Source: an uncultured Verrucomicrobiae bacterium (GTDB taxonomy: Bacteria; Verrucomicrobiota; Verrucomicrobiia; Palsa-1439). From it: DNA of 64,000 nucleotides. The stretch spans positions 160,001-224,000 of the forward strand of contig CAWEWF010000010.1 of assembly GCA_963812605.1 (NCBI GenBank), written 5' to 3'. A model generated the notes under the pieces. The model was not told the DNA's origin, ran no database searches, and saw only the letters and a program-made list of their open reading frames with translations. Position 1 is the first letter of the stretch. Every line of letters starts with the position of its first letter. Made by a program: the position numbers and the translations under genes. Below are positions 1-10,743 of the stretch, in pieces.

Positions 1-1282
1 CCCAGCAAATCGGGAATCTCATCGAGGACTTTCGTGGAGAATCGATTGAACTCCTGGACCAGGCGGTCGGGCGCGGAAGTTTTGAGGAGCGCGAGCACTC
101 GTTTCGCCGCGGAGGTACTCAGGTCGTCGAGCAACGCCGATAGATTGTAGATCCCCGCCAGCAAGTTGGTGAGAAAAGCCCCGGCGTCTTCGACGGCCGT
201 CTGCCGGCGGCGGCCGAGTTGTTCGAGGATGACGGCGGCTTCGATGCGCTCGGGCTGGCGGCTGGTCGGCGTCTTGTTCAGGGCATCCAGCAACGCATCT
301 TGAAACTCCTGGATCAGGAGATCGGCATTGTCCATTTCATCGATACGCTTGAGGAATTCCCGCGCGACATTGGTTTTCTGGATCAAGCCCTTGGCGCTGC
401 GGAATGCTTCCAGAATTTCGTCCTGCTGCGAAACCGGCGCGGTGCGCAACACGATGGAGTCGGTCTTTTTCACGGGAAGGTCGAAATGCGGGTCCTTCTT
501 CGCCAGCTTGCGGACATTGTCCCACCACTTTTTCCACTGGTCCGCGGGAACCACCGAGCCCGAGAGCATGGCTTCGATGCGGTCGGCCGTGGCGGAACGA
601 TTGAGGCTGAGGAGCGCCTGGCGGAGCAATGCGACGGGATCTTCGGTGGCCAGGCGCTTGAGGCCGTCGAGGTCGGTGATCTTGCGGACTTCCACGTGGT
701 CCTGGTTCACGGGCGTGAGGCTTTCCGCGGCGTACGCGAGCTGCATCGAGTGCGAAGGATTATGCGCGAAGGCGACGACGACCTGACCCAGCGTGGTATC
801 AAAGGATTTGACGCGACCGAAGCCCCAGCTCTTGTGCTGGCAGAAGGCATTTGGTTGAAGCGCCAGCAGGGTTTCGATTCGGGCCAGCGCTAGTCGGAAG
901 GGGCGTACGATTTTGATCGAGTTCAGAGGCTGCGAGGATGGTTTTCAGACGGGGGTCTTTTTCATAGATTTCGTTGACCGCCTCGATAATCTGGGCGCGA
1001 AGCTGTTTGTCGGTCGGATGCGCTTCCGTTTGCAGCTTAAGGGCATAGAGCCATTCATGATGTTTGCCGGCAGCCTTGATATTTTCGGCGATAAGCGAGG
1101 CCAGTTCGGCGGCCACTGCCGGCTGCGCCGGCGTCCGCAAATTCCTTCACGAGCTGGAGCAGGAACTCAGGTTGGTCAGGGAATTGCTCTGCTAATTCAA
1201 GCCACAGGGCTTGCGCATTGTCCCAGTCGCGTTGGGACAGGAGGGTTTTGAGTTGTTCGTGGTGGTTTTGTGTCGAACTCAT
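1..1282 (-). CDS. Long PVC-type GreA-family transcription elongation factor, N-terminal part; runs off the window start; two apparent frameshifts (~1130, ~890)
   Basis: ORFs 1055-1282 and 799-1140 join a long open minus frame containing FCQHKSWGFGRVKSFD and WKKWWDNVRKLAKKDP, recalled as typical of Chlamydia/Verrucomicrobia GreA N-terminal extensions. The GreA domain itself is not in the window. Confidence 0.6.
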
Positions 1283-1388
1283 TTGGAATCAAGCAATTTT
1301 GGTTTTGTGAAGATGATGGTTGCCCACGAAATAGCTCGCGGCGCGCCAGCTTGACGGAGCCGGAGGCCATGGATATGATTCCAGGCCG

Positions 1389-2080
1389 ATGAGATGGATT
1401 TTCACGTTCGTTGCCCTTTGTCTTTTATTCGCCGGGTGCCAGTCTAACCAATCTGTACAGGTTTTGTCTCCTGAGAAATTCGTCGCTGCCACCGGGGGCG
1501 AAGCCTACAGCAGCACGGAAACGAATGCAACGACTGCGACGAATGCCAAACCGAGGGTGATTGTGCCCGGGGTCACCATCAGCGTGACGGTGGATGAAGA
1601 TCACAGCCTGAATCGCGCGTACTTGATTCCGAACAGCGGGGCGATTGACTATCCGCCGCTCGGACGGATTGCGGTGGAAGGCCTCACGCCGGACGAGGTG
1701 GCGCAGAAGATCCGGGAGAGTTTGGAGAAGGACTATTTTCAGAAGGCCACGGTGACCGTGGCGGTCGAGGCGGTGCCCATCGTCGGCGGCGCCGGAGCGG
1801 GGTGATCTATGTGACTGGCAATGTGAATCGGCCCGGGCCGCTGTTGTTGCCGAAGGACGAGAAGTTTACCGTGACGAAGGCGATCATCGCCGCGGGAAAT
1901 TTCGCGACCTTCGCCAATGGCGGCAAAGGTGCAACTGATCCGTTACAACGAAGCCGGCAAGAAATATGTCACCTATGTTGATGTGGATCGAATCATGAAG
2001 CGGGGCGAATTTGAAAAGGACATCCAGGTGCAAAACGGGGACTGGATCATCGTGCCCGAGAAATTGTGATCAACTTTTAG
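1389..2080 (+). CDS. Polysaccharide export lipoprotein (Wza/SLBB family), frameshifted near 1800, 1925 and 2068
   Basis: Lipobox FAGC; Poly_export motif GAIDYPPLGRIAVEGLTPDEV; continues in other frames as VIYVTGNVNRPG and DIQVQNGDWIIVPE (SLBB). Confidence 0.8.
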
Positions 2081-2104
2081 TCGCGGGGCGGAATTGTCCA
2101 TGCG

Positions 2105-3777
2105 CTATATCCCGGGTTTTGTTTCCCGGGCAGCGCCTCCCAGAAGCTGGCGCGCGCGCGAGAGGGCCGCGTCGATGTTGGCGCAGACGTTGTCCAGCCC
2201 GATTTTGTCCACGAACCCGGCGTTGTAGAGCACTTTCATCGGTTGCGGTTGGACGCCGCTCAGGATCAGTTGCGTGCCCTTGCGGTGGAACTTGTCGAGC
2301 ATGATTTCGAGGGCGTGCAGGCCCGTTGCATCGACGGCCGGCACGTTGCGCATGCGGAAAATGACGATGCGTGGCACGGTCGAATACCGGTCCAGGGCTG
2401 TTTCGAGTTTCTCCGCCGCGCCGAAAAAGAACGGACCCTCGATCCGATAGACCAGCACGCCTTCGGGAATTTCCTTGTCCCGAATCGAGCCCCCGCCAAC
2501 GTCCATTTCGCTGTCGGCGGTGACCAGACGGATCTGCGTGATTTCTTCCATCCGACGAACAAATAAAGCGCCCGCCATTGTCAGCCCCACTCCGACCGCG
2601 ATCGTGAGATCAAAAATCACTGTCAACCCGAACGTCACCACCAGCACGACGAAATCGCTCTTTGGTCCGCGCCACAACTCGAGAAAGTTTTCCCATTCGC
2701 CCATCCGGTAGGCAACGACCAAGAGGACCGCGCTCAGGGCGGCCAGCGGAATGGATTTCGCCAGCGGCGCGGCGACCAGGACGATTACCAGCAACGTGAT
2801 TGAATGGATTATGCCGGCCACTGGCGTCTTTGCGCCGCTGCGGATGTTCGTCGCGGTGCGCGCGATGGCGCCGGTCGCGGAAATGCCGCCGAAGAACGGG
2901 CAGAGGATGTTGGCGAGTCCCTGGCCTATCAATTCCTGGTTGGAATCGTGCCGCGACTCGATCATGCCGTCGGCCACAATCGCCGACAGGAGCGACTCAA
3001 TCGCGCCCAACATCGTGATCGTCAGCGCCGGGATCATCAGGTCCTGCACCTGCAGGAAGCTGATTCTGGGGAAGGAAATGCCCGGCAGGCCGCGCGGGAT
3101 GCCGCCGAACTTCGAGCCGATGGTCGGGACATCGATGTGAAAAACCGCCACCAGCACGGTCGTCACGATGACCGCCACAATCGACGCGGGCACACGCCGC
3201 CACGCTTTCGGCCAAGAATCAGGATCGCGACGGCCAGGAAACCAAGCCCGAGCGCGGGCCCTTGCGTCTGCGCGAGGTTTTGGGCGAGGGCTGCGATTTG
3301 CTAGGGCGTGTGCGCGGGCATCTTCACCGTCAGTCCGAAGAACTCCTTGAGTTGGCCGACGAAGATGATCACGGCGATCCCGCTGGTGAAGCCGGAGGTG
3401 ACGGGGTAGGGGATGAATTTGATCAGGTTGCCGAGCTTCAAAGCGCCCATGATCACGAGCATGATGCCCGCCATGATCGTCGCCACCACCAGCCCGTCAT
3501 AGCCGTACTTCACCACGATCACAAAAAGGATCGGCACAAACGCGCCCGTCGGTCCGCCAACCTGCACGAGGCTGCCGCCGCAAGCGGAAATGACAAAGCC
3601 GGCGATGATCGCTGTCCACAATCCGCGCGACGGTTCGACGCCGGAAGCGATTGCAAACCCAATAGCCAGCGGCAGCGCCACCACCCCGACGGTCACCCCC
3701 GCCGCAAGGTCGGACAAAAAGGTCATACGGTCATAGCCACGCAGCGCGTCGAGTAATTTGGGACGAAAAACGAACAT
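2105..3777 (-). CDS. SulP family anion transporter with STAS domain, split by frameshift(s) at ~3200-3310
   Basis: DLAAGVTVGVVALPLAIGFAIASG; GGPTGAF; ESLLSA..DSNQELIGQG; STAS-like YRIEGPFFFGAA and DATG. Confidence 0.9.
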
Positions 3778-4019
3778 TTGGCAAAGAGTAGTAACAGACG
3801 ACTGACGCGGCGCAAGAGAAAAGCGGGAGGGCTCGGGAATGAGGTGGCGATGCGCGAAAATTCACTGCGAAGGCGGCAACTGCGCTTTGCTTTCTTCTGG
3901 AAATCGAATTCCGATAATGCTATATTCCGAGGTATGGTCTTGGATTGGAAGTGGAATGGCGGGACAAGATGGCGCGATTGTGAAATTGTTCGGGGTCCAA
4001 GAGGGGCTATGCGTTTCTG

Positions 4020-4197
4020 CGAAACGAACCCACCGTTTTGTGGTGAAATTTATGACGCAACATCCATTGCATATGGTGGTAACGACGAAAAATCACTGGA
4101 AATTCGGTGGGTTCGTTTTGGAAAACGAACCCACATTTGAGGGGTTTTTGGTCGGTCCGGTGGCGCGAAGACAGCATTTTGGCGGAAAACGAGCCAT
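4020..4197. repeat. Intergenic AAACGAACCCA direct/inverted repeat cluster
   Basis: aaacgaacccac at ~4022 and ~4124, inverted gtgggttcgtttt at ~4107, degenerate aaaacgagcca at ~4186. Confidence 0.6.
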
Positions 4198-4375
4198 TTT
4201 CGGGGGAGTATTAGAGGTGTTTTCGGCTCAATCCTCTGATGAAAGAATGACAAGCGGGCCGCTTGTCCTACAAATCCGGCTGCGACGAACGTACGACGGC
4301 AAGCGGAGCGTTGCGCCGTCAGCACGGACTCGGCGCATCTCGTCGGACTCGGTTTGCCCTACAAGTCCGAACCGC

Positions 4376-4756
4376 TCAGCCGCCGTTGGATTCGGCCCAC
4401 TGGGCCTTGCGCTCGGCGATCAGCTTGTCGAACTTCTCCTGTTGATCGGGACGGAGCAGGACGCGCAATTTGGCTTCGGAACGGCCGAGAAGGTCTTCCA
4501 CCTGCGGTTGGATTTGCTTGCGAATGGCTTTCATCTCTCCCTGGCCTTCCGCGACGATGACGCGCAACTGTTCGCGCTGCGCCCGGTCCAGTCGCAGTTC
4601 CCAACTCAGCCGGCGGACGATCAGGTCCGCCAGCATCTGGCTGCCGTGTCCGTGCACGAGTCGATGGCGGACCAGGCCGATGGTCGTGATGCTCCCGGCC
4701 ACGCCGCCCAGGATGAAGATGGCGATGACGCCGACGATCGCTTTCCAGTTTTTCAT
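4376..4756 (-). CDS. Small membrane-anchored helical protein (Spy/CpxP or periplasmic sensor-like)
   Basis: N-terminal TM helix; L-x-L-D-x-x-Q and LRPDQQEKF (LTxxQ-like); coupled to the upstream gene. Confidence 0.6.
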   Translation of the reverse strand: MKNWKAIVGVIAIFILGGVAGSITTIGLVRHRLVHGHGSQMLADLIVRRLSWELRLDRAQREQLRVIVAEGQGEMKAIRKQIQPQVEDLLGRSEAKLRVLLRPDQQEKFDKLIAERKAQWAESNGG

Positions 4757-5049
4757 TGTGTTCCTCCCGAGAAGAAGTTCACCAGTGTGTTTTCATCGCG
4801 GTCACCGGCAATCGCGCTTTGCAGGTCGGTCGCGCTCGAATCGGTGTACGTCCATATCCCGAGCGCCACGACGATGGCGGCGAAGGCGGGAACCAGTTTC
4901 CAGGCGAACGCGTACCACGGCATGGACTGTTCCCGTTCCGCGCGCAGGCGCGCCACCAAACGTGTCTCGAAGCCGTACTCGGCGCGTGATGTGTCGGGTT
5001 TGTTCCCGCGCGCGGCGGCGAACAGTTTGTCCAATCGTTCATCGTTCAT
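4753..5049 (-). CDS. Putative single-TM anti-sigma factor
   Basis: Overlaps the ECF sigma stop; short cytoplasmic N-terminus plus one TM segment. Confidence 0.55.
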   Translation of the reverse strand: MNDERLDKLFAAARGNKPDTSRAEYGFETRLVARLRAEREQSMPWYAFAWKLVPAFAAIVVALGIWTYTDSSATDLQSAIAGDRDENTLVNFFSGGTQ

Positions 5050-5587
5050 GGCTTGTCTCCAATATCTTTTTCAGGGACTGGCGCGCGCGAAACGCGCGCA
5101 CCTTTACATTCGACTCGCTCCAGCCGGTCAACTCCGCCGTTTCGCGCACGGACTTTTCCTCCAACTCCAGCAACGTAATCACCAGCCGTTCGTCCGCCGA
5201 AAGCCGGGCCATCGCCCACTGCAATACCTCGGTTGCGTCCCGGGCGCTGACATTGTCCCGCACCCCGATCTCGATCCCATCGAGCGACACGTTCTGCCGG
5301 TCACGGCGGGTCTTGCGCAGGAAATCATAACAGGAGTGGACGGCGATGCGCGAGATCCAGTGTTCGAACGGCGCCTCGCCGCGAAAGCCGTTCAACTTCT
5401 GATACGCCTTCACGAAGATCTCCTGGCAAATATCGTCGAGTTCGTGGTCGTTGCGGGCAAAACGGGCCGCGATGCCGAACACCTTGCGCTTGTGCCGCCG
5501 CACCAACTCCGCGAACGCCTCATCGTCGCCCGCGAGGGTGGACTGAATGAGGCGTTCGTCAGTCGGTTCATCGATGGGCGCGCTCAT
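5039..5587 (-). CDS. ECF RNA polymerase sigma-70 factor
   Basis: GDDEAFAELVRRH; DDICQEIFVKAY; FEHWISRIA; region 4 SVRETAELTGWSESNVKVRAFRAR. Confidence 0.92.
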   Translation of the reverse strand: MSAPIDEPTDERLIQSTLAGDDEAFAELVRRHKRKVFGIAARFARNDHELDDICQEIFVKAYQKLNGFRGEAPFEHWISRIAVHSCYDFLRKTRRDRQNVSLDGIEIGVRDNVSARDATEVLQWAMARLSADERLVITLLELEEKSVRETAELTGWSESNVKVRAFRARQSLKKILETSHER

Positions 5588-5600
5588 CGCGCGACCATTA

Positions 5601-6083
5601 TTAGTCTGCCGCGATGCGGTTGGCAACTCGATGAAGGAATCCATCAATGCGTGCGTCAACATCGATCTGCATGTCCTTGAGCTTCTGCAATTGGTCCGGC
5701 GTCAGCACGGCGCGGATGTCGTGCGCGACATACGCGCGCTGCACCGCGAGGTCGGACTCCAGCGAGGCGACCTTCGCGGCCTGCGCGCGGATGGCGGTCT
5801 CGTCGATGGTCTGGGCGCGGATGGTGTCACGCAATGCGCGCCGCTCGCTTACGACCTGTTTGATCAGCGGCCCGACCGTCGGCTGGTACTTGCGGAGGAT
5901 GGTCTTCACTTCCGCTTTCTGGTCGGCGGTCACACCGAGCTGGGCCAGTTTCTGCGCGAAGCGTCCTCTGCTGAAACCGACATCGTTGGTGCTATTCGCG
6001 TGCGCGAGGAACGCGAAGAAACCGCCCACGGTGAGGACGATGATGGCTCCGGCTGCGATCAATACCTTTGTATGTGTCTTCAT
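5601..6083 (-). CDS. Spy/CpxP family periplasmic protein
   Basis: Signal/TM N-terminus; two LTxxQ motifs (LGVTADQK, VLTPDQL). Confidence 0.8.
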   Translation of the reverse strand: MKTHTKVLIAAGAIIVLTVGGFFAFLAHANSTNDVGFSRGRFAQKLAQLGVTADQKAEVKTILRKYQPTVGPLIKQVVSERRALRDTIRAQTIDETAIRAQAAKVASLESDLAVQRAYVAHDIRAVLTPDQLQKLKDMQIDVDARIDGFLHRVANRIAAD

Positions 6084-6191
6084 ATTGTTGTCCTTTCTCC
6101 AACACGAGACGCGGCGGGAAGAAAAAGGTTACATGAACGTGTGGAAAAGACGCGAGATCGGCAGTTCAACGGATCCGCAGGATCGACCGAA

Positions 6192-7280
6192 CTAGCCGTG
6201 ATGCTCGTTTTTGAGATCGGCTTTGGCGCCCGTCTCGTGCTGCAGCCGCAACTGGCCGCAGGCGGCGTTGATGTCGGTGCCTTTTTCCAGGCGCAGGGTG
6301 CTGGTGATGCCATGCGTCTGCAGCGTGTGCTGGAACATCTTGCAGCGGTCGCGGTCGGGGCGTTTCCAAAGGAGGCCCTCGACAGGGTTGCAGGGGATGA
6401 GGTTAACTTTCGCGCGCAAGCGCCGGGCCGCGGCCCCGAGCTTATGGGCCTGCTCCAACGAATCGTTCACGCCTTCGATGAGAATGTACTCAAATGTCAT
6501 CATCCGCTTCTTCGTATTCACATAGTAGTCGCAGGCGTCGAGGAGTTCCTTCAGCGGGTACTTCTTGTTCACGGGCATGATCTTTTCGCGCACTTCATCG
6601 GTCGCGCCATGCAACGAGACGGCGAGCCGAATCTGCATGGGCTCGTCGGCGAGTTGTTTGATCTGCGGCACGAGACCGACGGTGGACACCGTAATCTTTC
6701 GCGCGCCGATGCCAAGGCCCCACGGAGCATTGATGATCCGCAAGGCGCGCATCAGATTGTCATAATTGGCCAGGGGTTCGCCCATGCCCATGACGACGAT
6801 GTTATTGACCTTCTCGCCGCTGAGTTTTTGGACCTGCAAGACCTGATCGACGATCTCGGCCGCGGTGAGATTGCGCTTGATGCCGTCGAGACCGCTCGCG
6901 CAGAATTTGCAGCCATAGGCGCAGCCGACCTGGGTGGAAACGCAGACAGTGTGGCGATCGCTGCTGCTGGTCAGCCCGGGCGTCGCGGGAATCAGCACGG
7001 TCTCGATCAGCGAGTGGTCGCGGAGTTGAAAGAGGAATTTTTCCGTTGTGTCCGTGGCGTTTCGCGTCTTGAGCGCATGGACGGCGTCGAGAGTAAAGCT
7101 GTCCGCCAGTTTTTTTCGCAGGGAGGCGGACAGGTTGCTCATCCCTTCGAACGACTCCGCTTGCTTCCCATAGACCCATTGCAGAGTCTGATCGGCGCGA
7201 TACGCCGGCTCGTCGAGATCGCGAAGGCGCTGGCCCAGTTCCTCGCGACCAAGCGATTTGAAGTCCGTCTTGGTACTCAT
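6192..7280 (-). CDS. rlmN: Dual-specificity RNA methyltransferase RlmN (radical SAM)
   Basis: CVSTQVGCAYGCKFCASG, VVMGMGEP, DINAACGQL. Confidence 0.97.
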   Translation of the reverse strand: MSTKTDFKSLGREELGQRLRDLDEPAYRADQTLQWVYGKQAESFEGMSNLSASLRKKLADSFTLDAVHALKTRNATDTTEKFLFQLRDHSLIETVLIPATPGLTSSSDRHTVCVSTQVGCAYGCKFCASGLDGIKRNLTAAEIVDQVLQVQKLSGEKVNNIVVMGMGEPLANYDNLMRALRIINAPWGLGIGARKITVSTVGLVPQIKQLADEPMQIRLAVSLHGATDEVREKIMPVNKKYPLKELLDACDYYVNTKKRMMTFEYILIEGVNDSLEQAHKLGAAARRLRAKVNLIPCNPVEGLLWKRPDRDRCKMFQHTLQTHGITSTLRLEKGTDINAACGQLRLQHETGAKADLKNEHHG

Positions 7281-8428
7281 ATTTTGTTGGCCTTAAGTTC
7301 CGGCAAGGAATAATGCGTGCCGCGCCAGTCGATGCCATCATTCACCAGCGTCTTCAGCGTGGCTCGCCAGATAATGTACTGAAACAATATTGCCGTAACG
7401 GGGAAGCCCACGCAATGCCAGCGCTTCGCCCCGTGACAATGCGCATTGTCCATGTACAGGATGGCGAGCGACCCGACAATGACGAGGTTCAGCCACCAAA
7501 TTGCGCCGTGCGTCAATGTCAGAGCCACGAGTGGCCAGATAAACACCACCAGTTGGGCAATGCTGGAAGCCACGACAATGCCGAGGTTGTACTCGACGCC
7601 TGCAAACGTATTTTTTTCCAGTCCACGAATCAATTCGCCCACGGAACTGTACCATTCAACCGTAATGAGCCCGTCGCCAAGGACGAGGTCCTGGTGAAAT
7701 CCGTGCATCTTGATCAGTTTGCCGAGTTTCATATCGTCGTCTGGTCGCATTGCAATCGCCCGATGGCCGCCGATGGCGCGGTACGCTCGGCGCGCACAAG
7801 GTTGAACGCGCCGATGCCGATATGGCGTGGGCTTTCGGGTCGCGCGCTTTCCACGGTTTGGCGTACAGGCCGAAGAACAGGGCAAACGCGCCGCCAAACA
7901 TGCCCAACACCAGACCGGGCATTCGCAGTTGTGGCGTGATGGCGAGGTGGTCGATTTCTTCCGATGCAAATAGGCGACAGCGCGGCTGATTACCGAATGC
8001 TCCATCACCACATCGGCGTCCGTAAAAAGAATCAGCTCACCGGCCGCGCGTACCGCGCCGAAATGTTGGGCGTAATTCTTGCCAAGCCAGCCCGGGGGCA
8101 GTTCCACGATGTGGACAACGTGTACGCGCGTGTCCTGGTTCGCCAGGCGATCAAGAATAGTTCCGGTTCCGTCTGTCGATCGGTCGTCGACGACGACAAA
8201 CTCGAGGTTCGGATAGTCCTGCGCGAGGATGGACTGCAGCGCCGCTTCGATCTTGCGCGCTTCATTGCGGGCGGCGACGATCACGGAAACCTTCGGCGCT
8301 TCGCGGCCCTGAAATGGCGCGATATTCCCCAGCCGGGACAACGAGCGATTGCCGATGGCAAATTCGACGGCTGTCGCCAGCACCAACAGGAGCGTCGCCA
8401 CGGCGAGCCAAAACAAGAACAATGACAT
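7277..8428 (-). CDS. Glycosyltransferase family 2 (membrane), with compensating internal frameshifts at ~7790-7960
   Basis: VSVIVAARNE, VVDDRSTDGT, WLGKN, LFTDADV, RPDDDMKLG, WRGT; the middle section reads sensibly only in the alternative frame. Confidence 0.85.
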   Translation of the reverse strand: MSLFLFWLAVATLLLVLATAVEFAIGNRSLSRLGNIAPFQGREAPKVSVIVAARNEARKIEAALQSILAQDYPNLEFVVVDDRSTDGTGTILDRLANQDTRVHVVHIVELPPGWLGKNYAQHFGAVRAAGELILFTDADVVMEHSVISRAVAYLHRKKSTTSPSRHNCECPVWCWACLAARLPCSSACTPNRGKRATRKPTPYRHRRVQPCARRAYRAIGGHRAIAMRPDDDMKLGKLIKMHGFHQDLVLGDGLITVEWYSSVGELIRGLEKNTFAGVEYNLGIVVASSIAQLVVFIWPLVALTLTHGAIWWLNLVIVGSLAILYMDNAHCHGAKRWHCVGFPVTAILFQYIIWRATLKTLVNDGIDWRGTHYSLPELKANKI

Positions 8429-8649
8429 GGAAGGATACTACCAGAATTCCGTGAACCGGTTCCCGAATTCCGCGCCGGTCGCTATTTCGTATTTTGACGA
8501 AGGAACGCGATCGTTGCCGGCGACGCTTGTTTCGCTGCTTGCAGACACCACGAAAGACAAGATGGAAGCCAGTGAGAGAATTGTTGGCCTTGCGCAAAAG
8601 GCCAGTGGCCGGATGAACGAAATGAATTCTTTGGAGGGGGAGTTGGTCT

Positions 8650-8700
8650 TGCGGGCATCACCGGGGACGCCAGGTTTCGGCGCCACCAGTGAAGCCCGCA
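8650..8700 (-). terminator. Long GC-rich hairpin downstream of the Lys-rich small ORF
   Basis: tgcgggc...gcccgca outer stem with inner tcac/gtga and cgcc/ggcg pairing. Confidence 0.5.
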
Positions 8701-8715
8701 AATGTGGAACCAACA

Positions 8716-8769
8716 TTACTTCTTCTTCTTGCCACCCTTCTTCTTCTTGCCTTTTTTCTTCGCTGCCAT
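8716..8769 (-). CDS. 17-aa lysine-rich small protein MAAKKKGKKKKGGKKKK
   Basis: ATG...TAA on the minus strand, preceded by GGGGGTGA (complementary to this window's 16S 3' end) 6 nt before the ATG, and followed by a hairpin. Confidence 0.6.
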   Translation of the reverse strand: MAAKKKGKKKKGGKKKK

Positions 8770-8914
8770 TCCACCTCACCCCCATTCCGCTCTCAAGAAG
8801 AGCTATTGCCCTCTACCATGAACCTGCGCGCGCAATTACACCAGCACAAAAAAAGGAAAACCAGAAAATTTTTTACAAAGTTTTTTGCGCAAGACGAAAA
8901 GAAAAATTGCGCGG

Positions 8915-10729
8915 TCACGGTTGATTCCGGTTTACCAGCAGGATGCCGAAGTTTTCATTTCGCAACGGCTGGTCTCCAATCAAAGCACCGGATGATAATT
9001 CTGTTGTACCCAGGCGAACAGTGTTCGCGCGTAATCACGTCCAAAAAACTGGAAACCATATTCGGAAGTGTCTTTGTGCACGAACGCGATGTAGTCGGGA
9101 GGATGGGCGCGAAACGATTCCAGCACATGGTCTTCTCCGTAAAGGGCGAACTCCAACGGCATGAAATTCATGAGCGGGACGGAACTGGCGCGTCGCGATA
9201 GATAATTCAACATGACCCCTTCGGGCAAAACAGCCAGCGTCTCATTGCCTCGAACCGCGAAGCAATGGTCGACAGCGCCGCCGTAACCATTTCTCCGCGT
9301 GGATCGGTCAGGATGCTGTCGGCTCCTGCAGAGACGCGATGGGTTTTCCAGCGGAAGTACGACTGCTGCACAGAAAGGTGTGCGAAGATGGCGATCGTCA
9401 AGACGGCGAGGGCAGTGGCGCGAAAAACCCCGCCATTTCCTCCGCGATGGTCGATGGCAGCGGGCACCCAGCAGAGGAGGGCGGCGACCGTGATCAGGGT
9501 TGCGGGCATCGCCAGCGCGAAACCATAGTGATAGACGTGGACATTGAGAATGATCTTTCCCAATAGGACGAAGGCGTACACAAGCATGGTCAGGCGTACA
9601 ATAAGGGAAGCGCCTTCAGAAGAAGCCCGTCCTCTCTTGATAAACTCAGCAACGGAAACGAGGCCAATCCCGATCAGCAGCATTGGTAACGGACGCATCG
9701 CAGAAAGCCAGGCGATTGAACGCCAGATCACTGCCAATCCTCCCGCCACGATTGCAAATACAATCGGCAAGAGCCACGACCAGTGCACGCTGCGTCGGGG
9801 CAGCGCGAACGCGACTGCGGCGGCCATACCAAACACGACAAGATATTGTCCGAGCCACTCAAGATGGCTTTCAAACTGATGGTGATATTCGATGTTCCCA
9901 TTAGATCGCGGTAGAACTTAATGAAATCACTTTTCCGTTGATTAGACTGGTCCACGAACCCAACACGCCGACGAGAGCATGGCTTGCTCGGCATCTTCAG
10001 GCAGAGTAGGGAGAAACCAATGGCCGGCGGGATAACGGCACAACCGACAAACAGGCCGACGTCGCGGATAACGCGAGCGGCGCCTGGTCGTTCCTGCCAG
10101 AGAGTCAAACCCAGGCCCGTCGTCATCGCAAGGCACGCCGCCAATGACATCTCAGCCGAGGTCAGGAATACCAGCCCGAGCAGGATTCCGGCGCCGGCAA
10201 TCGGCGGCAACCCGCGGCGCGACAAATAGATTCGCAAACACCAAATCCCTGACAAGGACAAGAGGATGCCGTGAGTGCATTCATGGGAATACGGGCAGAC
10301 GAAATTGTAGTTCCCGATGGCGATGAATTGGGAAAAAGCGAAAAGAGTGAGAAACACCACGCAGCCGATGGTTGCCGACAGGCGGTCACTGATCAACAGC
10401 AGGATTTGATAGAGGAGATAAACGATCATCCCCAGGATCACGAGATTGCAAACAATCAGCGTGGTCACGCTCACGCCGAACAGCCGGAACCAGAGGGCAT
10501 TCAGATAAGGAGAAAACGGCCCCTTGAACCAGGCCACATCGGTATAGAGCGTCTTGCCGGCGGACAACTGCCAGGCTGCGTAAAGCTCCCTGCCAAAGTC
10601 CACCAGTACATCGGGCCATTTCCGCCAACTCCACCACGCATCAACAATTCCCACCAAGAGAATAATAAACGGGCCCAACCATCGCGTTCTGAGATTGGCG
10701 TGATCGCTGCGCGGCTCTGGGGCAGTCAT
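8915..10729 (-). CDS. Polytopic membrane glycosyltransferase-like protein (ArnT/PMT-like), several frameshifts
   Basis: Fragments 9728-10729, 9207-9836, 8980-9228; WPDVLVDFGRELY..GKTLYTDVAWFKGP.SPYLNA; many TM segments. Confidence 0.65.
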
Positions 10730-10743
10730 TGCCGGGCCGCTGG

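Noticed and set aside
3839-5680. Long plus-strand ORFs (613 aa here; also 5547-7313, 11584-13365, 14517-16205, and 20240-22081 on the minus strand)
   Set aside because: Antisense shadows of real genes in GC-rich DNA, with no recognisable motifs.
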